Shown in pieces: positions 53,547-64,000 of a stretch of 64,000 nucleotides of DNA. The notes under the pieces are model-generated. The model had not been told where the DNA came from. It ran no database searches and saw nothing but the letters and a program-made list of their open reading frames with translations. The translations under genes and the position numbers were made by a program. How positions within the stretch are numbered: the stretch's first letter is position 1; each line of letters opens with the position of its first letter. The stretch is from Torpedo marmorata (Eukaryota): contig OZ360219.1 in assembly GCA_977017645.1 (NCBI GenBank), positions 158,596,001 to 158,660,000 on the forward strand, read 5' to 3'.

Positions 53547-55455
53547 GTATCCTCACCATTTCTGCTTTTGCTATAATAAAGTATTATTTAATTAATTAAT
53601 TATATTTCATATGCATTGCTTGAGAGTACTTGCATCTCTACTATTTGGTAAAGAACAAGACTGCCACATAGCTCACGAGCATACCTGGCCAGTTTACAAA
53701 ATTCAATTTTTTCAATATTTCATACTATCTATTTTTTCAATTTTAGGATTCTCTGTGATATCCTCAGTTAGTTCATGCTGCTTCAAGATCGATTGCAGAG
53801 AAGCAAGCAAAATCTGTATGGGTTAATTCCCTTATGTTCTCTCCTTTCCTCTGGAGAAATAACTTTGTTTCTGCTAGAAATATTCATCATTGTCCCCAGC
53901 CAAGCATGATCCAAGTTTGAAGTAAGTTCTTGATATTATTTAAGGCAAAGTTAATATGTGTTTAATGTAATATTTTAATATTCTATGTACATTACCCAAT
54001 TTATTAATCTGTATGTGTTAGAGAATAAAATAAAGTGAAAATGCACACATGTATAAACATCTGATCTGGACCAGAGGTTAAAATGGAAAAGTGTGTTCAG
54101 CATTGTTAAAAGGTGTGTGTATGTGAGAGAGAGGGAGAGGGACAGAAAGGGAAAATGTAAATAAGGAAATAAACTTAATTTCTGAAATACTAGTCGCAAC
54201 ATTAATCACAAGATATAATTTAATGGATCAATGTAATGTTTATGTTCCTCAAACCTCAGCCAATCTAACCTATCACCTTTGATACTTGCTGACATCTCCA
54301 ACTTAACTCATTGATAACACAAGTTTTTCAAGTTTTTAGCCAATGAACATTGTGACAGATGCATCACAATTACATTGTTTTGTGTCTTGCTGTTGATAAA
54401 TTCATGTTGGATAAACTAATACTTCATCTGATTGACTGCCCCTAAATACAGTCAAAATCAGAACTACAGTCAAATTACTATTTTATCACAACCGGAAAGT
54501 AAGTCCATGTATTTTCAGTTTCAGACAGTCTTATGTGGGGACCAAAAATGACAACTTTGAGATCTGCGAGTTTGAAGTTGGAAGACATTTTTTCTGACCC
54601 TGCACTGCACGGATAGGACTAAGGGTAGATTCTTGACTGACTTGAGAGGTAACAGAAAATAAGCTATTATTGCATAATCTGGTTACAGTGAATGCATAAG
54701 GATATAACTCCCTGTCCAGGCAATCTTCAAGGGATATTGGAAGAGCTGGAGTATCGTCAATCACATGATAGGCTGCAGAGAGTTTAAGAAGAAGGAAGGA
54801 TTTCAGTAATGAATTGATCCTAGCTCTTTCACTATTGTGGCATAGAACAGAAACTTAGATTGATAGAGCCAGTTAGCATCAAAACAAGCTCATTGGCCTA
54901 TCTAGTACTACACCAATTCCATTTTATTTTTCACATATTCCCATCAGCTCTTCCAGATCTTGCCATTCATGTGCACACTTGGGGCAATTTAAAATGGCTG
55001 TTTGACCAACCAACCCAGTGTAAACCCACTGAGTCAAAGGGAGAACATGCAAACTCCACATAGACAGTATTGAAGGTTAGGATTGAACCTATGTCTCTGG
55101 AGCAGTGAGACAGCAGCTCTACCAGTTGCTCCAATGCACTACCCCAAACTGGTGGGAGTCAAACAAGGTATTCTGAGAATGATTAGAATAGCTGTGATGT
55201 TCACCAACAGGTCGACAGCAGAGTGGGTTTAAGCAAGAACGTGTCATAACATCTTTTTTCAATCTTTCTTCCTCTGGGGTGAATCTAATCTTCAAGGCAA
55301 ACAGGAAACTGATCAATATATGTTGTCTCCACTCCAGAAGCAAGATCGCTGCAACTCTGAGCTGCAGGATATCCACAGCACTTTGATTGTTCAGAGACTG
55401 ACCTCCAAGTCATCATCAATTCCCGTATAGAAACAAATAAAGAAACTCTACAGCT

Positions 55456-58400
55456 CATTTATCTGAGGCTAAGGAAAATATTTTAATTGGTGGAGACTTT
55501 AATTGTTGTCTTAATGCAAATATGGATAAAACAACTAGGACATCTGTTAGACCTAAAATAGTTAAAAGAATTATTACTTTAATGGATGATTTAAATTTGG
55601 TAGATATTTGGAGGAAGTTAAATCCTAGAGAAAAAGATTATTCATTTTATTCTTTTCGACACAATTCATTCTCAAGGATTGATTTATTTTTGATATCTTC
55701 ACAAATTCAGATAGAATAACTCAAATTTCTTATAAAGCAAGGATAATCTCAGATCATTCACCTTTATTAATGACATGTATAGTTCCAGAGAAAGAAAAAA
55801 CTGTATATAATTGGAGATTAGATTCTTCTTTATTAAATAGAAAAGATTTCTGTGAATATATAAGAAAAGAAATTCAGGAATTTTTAAGAATTAATAATAA
55901 TTCAGTTGAGGATAAGTTTATAATTTGGGAATCTTTAAAAGCATATTTAAAAGGTTTGATAATAAGTTTTTCGGCAAAAATTAGAAAAGATTATTTGAAA
56001 GAAGAAGAAAAATTGGAAGGGGAGATTGAATTCATGGAAAAAGATTTTCAAAGAAATAAAACAATTTTTAAGAGACAACGTTTAATTGGGAAAAAATTAC
56101 ATTATAATATATTACAAACTCGAAAAAAAGAAAAATTAATTGGTAGAACAAAGCAAAGATATTATGAATTGGGAGAAAGAGCACATAAAGTTTTAGCATG
56201 GCAATTAAAAAAAGAACAAGTTTCTAAAACTATAAATGCGATAAAGAAAAATACTGGTGAAATAACTTATAAACCTCAAGAAATAAATAATTCATTTAGA
56301 GAGTACTATCAAAATTTATACACTTCACAGATGAATCAAGATGTTGCAAAAATTGATAATTTTTTATCTAAAATTATATTGCCTAAATTGAATAGTTTTA
56401 ATAGAGATTTGTTAGATTTACCAATTACAATGAGAGAAGTAGGTGAAGCTTTATCGTCATTGAAAAGTGGTAAATCTCCAGGTGATGATGGATTTCCGAT
56501 AGAGTTTTATAAGAAGTTTAAAGACTTACTGATACCTATATATATGGAAGTGTTGACTCAAATAAAGGAAACTCATTTATTACCGAAAACATTTTTAAAT
56601 GCTATTATTACAGTTATACCAAAGAAGGATAGAGATGTATTAAAAACTGAGTCGTATAGACCTATATCACTGTTGAATGTAGATTATAAAATAATGGCAA
56701 AAATTTTGACAAATAGATTAGCTAAGTTCTTACCGTCTTTAATACATCCAGACCAAGCAGGATTTATTAAAAATAGATATTCGAAGGATAATATAGCAAG
56801 ATTAATAAGTTTAATTAATTTACAAAAAAGGAAACAGGATTTGCCGTTAGTGATAGCATTAGATGCAGAAAAAGCATTTGATAGATTAGAATGGAATTTT
56901 TTATTTAAGGTTTTAGAGAAATATGGATTTGGAAATACTTTTATAAATTGGATTAAGACTATATATAAGGAACCTACAGCTAAAGTAATTACAAATGGTC
57001 AAATATCATCTAAATTTTCTTTGACACGATCAACAAGACAAGGATGTCCTTTGTCACCTGCTTTGTTTGTATTGGCAATAGAACCGCTGGCTGAAATGAT
57101 TAGGAAAGATACTAATATAAATGGGATTAAAGTAGGTGCAGAAGAACATAAAATTAGTTTGTTTGCAGATGATGTATTAATATATATGACGAAATCTATT
57201 GAATCGCTTCAACAATTAGATAAGATATTGAGGGAGTATGGTGAGATATCTGGATATAAAATAAATTTAGATAAGAGTGAGATAATGGCTTTATCTCAAG
57301 GAGACTATACTAAATGTAAAGAAGTTACAAAATTTAAATGGGCTAAAGAAGCAATTAAATATTTGGGAGTTAAAGTAGATACAAAATTGGAAAATTTATA
57401 TAAATTAAATTATATACCTTTATTTCAGAAAATAAAGAAAGATTTGGATAACTGGAAAGATTTACCTATAACTCTAATGGGAAGAGTGAATTGTATTAAA
57501 ATGAATATTTTTCCAAGAGTTCAATATCTTTTTCAATCTATACCTTTTGGTATTCCTCAAAAATTTTTCAAAGATTTAAAAATTATTATTAGAAAGTTTT
57601 TATGGAAAGGAAAATTGGCAAGGGTAAGTATAGATAAATTAACTTGGGAACATGAAATGGGTGGATTACAGCTTCCCAATTTTCAATATTATTACAAGGC
57701 AGCACAATTAAAATTTATTAATGAATTTTTTGATTTAACTAAAAACACGGCCTGGATTAATATAGAATTGAGTAATATAGGGGAAAGATATAAGGAAGAT
57801 ATTATTTATAAATGGAATGCTAAACTATTATTAATTAAAAAGAAAAAGTCGCCGATTATTAAACATTTATTGGAAATTTGGACTCAGTTAGATAATGAGA
57901 TAGGACGAAAAGGATCAATATCTTTAAATATGCCATTATATCAGAATTTATTGTTATCTTTTTCTATTGATAACCAATTTTTAAAATTATGGTATCAAAA
58001 AGGAATTAAGAAGATTAAAGATTGCTTTGAGGCGGGAAGATTTGTTACTTTTTCTAGGTTGAAAGAAAAATTTGGAATAATGGATAATACAATTTTGGCT
58101 TATTATCAGGTTAAGGGATTCTTAGTTGAGAAATTGGGGAATCAATTAATATCTCCTAGACAAGATGGATTAGAGTTATTAATTACTAATGGAAATATTA
58201 ATAAATTTATATCACAAATGTATAAATTATTTCAGAGAAAGATGCCTAAAGTAGGACTACATAAATCTAGATTAAATTGGGAGTCAGATTTAAATATTAG
58301 TATAGATGAACAACATTGGAAAGAATTATGTAAATTGAGTATGACTAAAATTATTAATGTTAGATATAGATTAGTACAATATAATTTTTTTCATCAATTA

Positions 58401-59159
58401 TATATAACACCTAAAAAATTAAAGAAATTTAATCCGGCATTATCAGATATGTGTTTTAGGTGTAAAGATGAAATAGGTTCTTTTGTACACTGTACATGGT
58501 CATGTTTAAAAATTCAAAATTTTTGGTCTAAAGTTAAGGATTTTTTAGATAGAATTTTTAATATTATGATTCCAATGGATCCTATGATATTTTTATTTGG
58601 AGATATTAAAAAAATTAGTATTAGAAATAGATTGAATATGTATCAAATAGAATTTTTACGAATTGTGTTAGCGATTTCAAAAAAATGTATCGCTATTACT
58701 TGGAAATCAGATTTAGATTTGAATTTAGATAGATTACATGCAGAATTACGTTCTTGTATACCATTGGAAAAAATTACATATAATTTACGAGATAAATATC
58801 ATTTCTTTTTGAAAATTTGGAGCCCATATATGAGAATTATGGGTATGAATTAATTCTCTAAAAGTTGGTACCGCTGACAAATGTGACCTCCAATATATAA
58901 GTAGAGTTAGCTTGTAATTGTTTTCTCCTCATTCTAACTCTTAAATCTTTATTATTCAATTCTATTCTTTTTTTTTTCTTTTTAACTAATACTTTTTTTT
59001 TCTCTTCTTTTTTTTTATTAGAATAGTGTGGCAGGGTTGGGGAGGGGAGGGTGGGAGGGGGGGAGGTAATATATCACATGTATTTTGAATGATATACTAT
59101 TTTTGATTTATGTATTTTGTGATTTTAAAAGTTAAATAAAATTATAAAAAAAAAAAAAA
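55456..59159 (+). mobile_element. 5'-truncated L1 with a 1027-codon open ORF2 segment
   Basis: ORF 55770-58853 (LDAEKAFD, RQGCPLSP, LFADD, CFRC..H..WSC); poly(A); TSD AGAAACTCTACAGCT at 55441-55455 and 59160-59174. Confidence 0.95.
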
Positions 59160-59164
59160 AGAAA

Positions 59165-60178
59165 CTCTACAGCTACCTCCTTCAGAACCTGAGGGTGCAT
59201 TCCATCCAGTCTAGGAGACTTATCTACCCTTAGACCATTTAGCTTCCCAAGTACTTTCTCTCTCGTGATCTTGACTACACGCACTTCTCTTCCAAGAGAG
59301 CCATGAGAGTCCGGTATGCTACTAATGTCTTTCATAGTGAAGACTGATCCAAAGTATTCATTCAGTTCCTCTGTCATCTTATTGTCTCCCATTACAATTT
59401 CTCCAGCTATTATTTAGATGGGGAGAAAATTCAAAATTCCGAGGTGCAAAGGGACTTGGGAGTCCTCGTGCAGGATTCCCTAAAGGTTGACCTCCAGGTT
59501 GAGTTAGTGGTGAAGAAGGCAAATGCAATGTTGGCATTCATTTCTAGAGGAATAGCATATAAGAGCAGGGATGTAATGCTGAGACTCTATAAGGCACTGA
59601 TGAGATCTCACTTGGAGTACTATGTACAGTTTTGGTCACCTTATTGAGAAAAGACATGTTGGTGTTGGAGAGGGTTCAGAGAAGATTTACTAGAATGATA
59701 CCAAAATGAAAGGGTTAGCATATGAGGAACAATTGTTGGCTCCTGGATTGTACTCGTTGGAGTACAGAAGGATGAGAGGGGACCTCATAAGAGGCATTTT
59801 GAATGCTGAGAGGCCTGGGCAGAGTAGATGTGGCAAGGATGTTTCCCATGGTAGGGGATTCTAGGACAAAAGGGCATAATTTCAGGATTAAAGGGCGTCA
59901 ATTTAAAACAGAGACACGGAAACATTTCTTTTGTCAGATGTTCGTGAGTCTATGGAACTTGTTGCCACAGGCAGCTGTGGAAGCAAGGTCATTGGGTGTA
60001 TTTAAGGCAAAGGTTGGCAGGTATTTGATTATTCAGGGCATCAAGGATTACGGGGAGAAAGCCAGGGAGTGGGACTGAGTGGGAGGATGAATCAGATCAT
60101 GATTAGAATGGCAGAGCAGACTCGATGGGCCAATGGGCATACTTCTGCTCCTATATCTTGTAATCTTGTGATCTTGTG
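59165..60178 (+). mobile_element. CR1 with inverted 5' segment
   Basis: 59165-59407 (-) encodes MGDNK..KSP..VLKEVAVE; 59408-60178 (+) encodes QRDLGVLV through the (ATCTTGTG)n tail. Confidence 0.8.
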
Positions 60179-60219
60179 ATAGAAATGAATGGACCTTACA
60201 TTTAACATCCCTGAAACCT

Positions 60220-60960
60220 CGCTGCACAGTATGGTTCATCTGAGATCCTGGAAATCGTGAACAGCTTCCCAAAACTTGGGGCCCCTCTTATCAAAGGCAG
60301 ACGTCAATGATAAAATTCACCAACATCTTCAAGTGCACCAGCACTCCCTCTGCCATATGACCTCAATCCTGGCACAAAGGGCATGGGCTACTGGTTGCCG
60401 AGATCCCTAATTTCCTGTACACTCAAAGCATTAATCACTTAATGCTGTCTCAGCAAAATCCTCCAAAGCCACTGGCTTGATCCAACATCAGCATCCTCTC
60501 CCAAGTCAGCACTCCTAACGCAAAGGCTCAAGGTATACTTTGTCACCTCCGATGTATGGGACACATTGTTCGACTCCTGAAACTAACACTATACTACAAG
60601 CTCTGGTACAGCAAGGGATTAGCTGGAGGACAGAGGAAACTATTCAAGGATGTTTTCAAAGCTTTCTTGAAAATGTGTAACATCCTTAATGACTACTTGA
60701 ATTCTTTAAATATATTATAGGCACTCATGTATGCATGTGTATATAATGCAGGTTTAAAATGCCTCTACAAAAGTGTTCAAATTTAAATTCCTAAGCAATT
60801 GGCACTGAGTGTTTCAATTCTCTTCAGTGGGAGCACACAGAAGAAAATGTAAATGATGGAAGGAGCACACCATCTCCTCGACTCCATTCACCTTCCCTGC
60901 ATGCACCTCTTGTTCAACCTTTGGCTGAGTCTTTGGGACCCACTTTGGTCTCAAAAGTCA
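60220..60960 (+). mobile_element. Degenerate RTE LINE remnant
   Basis: Broken homology including GGAGGACAGAGGAAACTATTCAAGGAT (GGQRKLFKD). Confidence 0.55.
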
Positions 60961-63430
60961 CCACAGAATCGCAGTCGTGACACAACCCCTACCCACCCCC
61001 CCACCCCCCCCCTCCAAGTGCGTGCCTAACATAAGAAGAACAGGGGAGTAATTGCCTCCAGTAATGTTACTTTCATGTAGAGCTGGAGGACAAGGTGTGG
61101 GAGGAACAAGACTTGTCCTCCCAGCTCTACATGAAAATAGCTCATGAAAAACAATTAAACTATCGTAGCATTCTCGTAATTCTCTTATACAATAACCCAA
61201 TATATAGCATCAAAACCAATTATCTTGACCAACCTCAGCCAGTGATTACTCAGCACAGCTTAAGTTCTCTGTGTGATTTTTAAATGGGTACGAAGGTCAA
61301 CATACACAAGAGCACAGAGGCTTTTTAAGGAAGCAACTCCAAGTCAAGTAAATATTTTACAAGAAAAATATCTTGACAGTGTAGGTTGCTTTGCCCACTG
61401 TGGAATTGTTGAGGAATTTAAATTTGACCAGGTTTGGAGAAGTACTTCAAACAAATGCGCAATACATGTAAACATGCACACACATGCCATTAAAGTGCAA
61501 TGATTATTGGCAGAACTCTCGCAGTTGCTTCTTCTACACTTGAGCTCAAGAGAATTATGTCTGAGTTTACAGAATGAATTTTCTCACTGGAAATAAGAAG
61601 AAACTTTGAGCAATTCTCTTCAATAAATTAATAGTAATATCAGGAACAAAATACATCACACTTACTTACTTGGGAGCGCCCAACAGATTTCATCAAATTT
61701 ACCACAACTACCAACCAAGGAGAAGGACAACAGGTATGTGGGAATTACTCTACTACACGTTCCACCTTCCAATGTACACACCATCCTGACTTGGAAATAC
61801 ATAATCATTCCTTCAGCATTACTGGGTCTAAGTTCTGGAATTCCCTATTCAACAGAAAGACAGCCACAGTTCAAGAATGGAGCTCCCCACCACCTCTCCA
61901 TGGGCAATATATGCTGGCCTTGCCAGCAAAGCCCAGATCCTGTAAAATGAGATGAAAAGGCACATGAGTGTAGAATGCCATGGAGAGATAAGGCATTACC
62001 TGCTTTATTCAGTCGTTGACCAGGTTTTCACTTACCAATAATTTGTCATCTCCCTTCATAGGAGGGGGGAAAATTCAGCAAAATTACTGCCACTCTCCTG
62101 ACTCCTAATAAAATGTGGACTCTTTTCGGACTCCTCCCTCCTTTTGACAAGAATTCTATTAACAAATTCAGTGGAGGTGACAAAAGCCTGCCCCTGGAAT
62201 TTTGACACTAGCACGATTCACATGAAACCACATTATGCTGACTGCCAACATATTCCATCTAACAGTAGTAAGTCCAGGAAATACTAGCTCCTGTTCCTTC
62301 CTTGTTTTTTTTTCTCCTCTACTGGTTTATTAATCATCCAGTTATGTGTTTCCATTGACAATCAAAAATCTAGAAAAAGTCAACAGTGATCATTTTATTT
62401 TATCTGTCAGTCTAAACAATGCATAATGGGTTTGTATTGTTTATTGCATAGCCTTTCAGTAAACAGCAATTAAATCATTAATGGTAAAAGAATAAGAGGG
62501 AATAAAAAGGTAAAAAGCATTAAAAACTTTCATCCTTTGACTCCTTGGCCTTTTATAATTTTTTTGCAACATATGATGTATTGAGTGATTTGAGGACTCC
62601 CTTGATCAATAATACATATGAAAAAATCATTAAGAATTTAAGAAGTAATTTAGCATCAGTGACAACTTCAAGCCTTTGTGTATATGGGAGACCTGCTACA
62701 TTTGACAAAAAGACCAAATTGGTTTGACCCAATCAATACCATATAGAAGACTGAAGTGCTGAACTGGCTTACAAGAAAGGGGAGAAAAATGGAAGTTCCA
62801 CTTTATTTCCTCAGATCTGTTCTATGTGCTCTGCAAGTAAATGCAAGGCTTCTGTATAGCATATTGGTAACATCACTTTGGAAACGTCTTTTGAACTTGA
62901 GCAAGACTTTATCAGAATCCAGCCAAGGATAAAACTAGCTTTGTAGATTGTGCTGAGCATTCACATGAACTTAAATTTTCAACAATTTATTTGAACACTG
63001 AGAATTATGGTTACACCTCCATAATTTTGTGGCTTGGAGTGAAATAAGTCACATGGATTTTAATGAAAAATATAAATAAATCCTGACTCTATCAAATAGA
63101 CCATTAACTGATCTAGTAATTACATGCACTTTGATTTGGACCTTAATCTGTTTGCCTGAAGTAGAATACAGTATATTTAAAGCAATCACATCAATTGAGT
63201 CACACAAATGGATGATTTTTTTGAAGGACAGCAAACACTATAAAAATGAATTGCCAACACAACTACAGATTACTGGTGAACCACAGAAGAGATTATAATA
63301 CACTGATTTCTTTCAATATAATTAGTGTAAATGATCAAAAGAAAACATTCTGTATTTGGAAAAAAGTTATAAAATAGTTCCCTGCATTAAATTGATCAAT
63401 CAGAATTCAGAAATGTTGTATTTATTTTAG

Positions 63431-63673
63431 AGGTTAAAGGTTCCATTATTGTCACAGAATACTACATTTAGAATGTAACATACATGAAATTCTTTAATTT
63501 TTGTCTACCGTAAGGCAGACAGAGAGTCGCTACTTTGTCCAGCGCCGCTCACAGAAACCTACAGCACCTGGTGTTCCTAGGCGGTCTCCCCTCCAAGTAC
63601 TGACCAGTCCTGTGCCTGTTTAGCTTCCGAGATCAGACAATCCCAGTCGTATTCAGGCTATTGGAGCTGTATT
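63431..63673 (-). mobile_element. 5S rRNA-derived SINE
   Basis: Reverse strand reads GTCTGATCTCGGAAGCTAAACAGG...AGTACTTGGAGGGGAGACCGCCTAGGAACACCAGGTGCTGTAGGTTT (5S rRNA-like), then a ~125-bp LINE-type tail. Confidence 0.9.
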
Positions 63674-64000
63674 AACAATCCTTTTAAGGAATAGGAACAC
63701 CAGGAATGCCTTATACTTGACAGCAGGAGCTCTGCTGTGATCTGTATAAGTTTACTAACATCAGCAAACACAGAATAAACACATTACTTTGCCTACCTTT
63801 ACGTCGACTTCTTTCCTTCGTCTGGAATGACAAACTACCCATCAGAGCCCCCATCTTCAGTGTTTTATTATCCGTAAACCTACTGCCAGTGCTCTCCACA
63901 AACACAGAGTGTGGCTAATATTTATGTCTAGCTTGTGAAACGGTGAATAAAAAAATGAAAGCACAGTTTGAAAGCAGAGATAAAGGTGAATGTAAAGCTT

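Noticed and set aside
63555-63673. Functional 5S rRNA gene
   Set aside because: Diverged, solitary, lacks a T4 terminator and is fused to a retro-tail found elsewhere in the window

Overview
Repeat-dominated vertebrate DNA. The element spectrum (CR1 LINEs, V-SINEs, Penelope pseudo-LTRs, Rex1, AT-rich L1) suggests a cartilaginous fish (inference). I recognise no host protein-coding exon; the long ORFs are transposon-derived. The clearest host feature is a CpG-rich bidirectional promoter at ~17.05-17.31 kb (ZNF143, CRE and 2x NRF1 motifs, with a splice donor on each strand). Mobile content: a young full-length Gypsy element (4311-8793), seven L1 insertions with readable TSDs (some nested), a near full-length CR1 plus fragments, Rex1 fragments, two Chapaev3 deletion derivatives, Tigger-, hAT- and Harbinger-like MITEs, an RTE-derived bipartite element, Penelope pieces with minimal hammerhead motifs, V-SINEs and a 5S-derived SINE. 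Best leads: (1) the Gypsy has no tRNA primer site; its post-LTR sequence is a perfect 15-nt complement of the poly(A)-signal region of its own LTR, with pairing extending over the gag AUG (candidate self-priming), and its RT reads YLDN; (2) a 5S-headed SINE and a ~850-bp GC-rich non-tRNA element share a Rex1-type 3' tail. All calls were made by eye without database searches.
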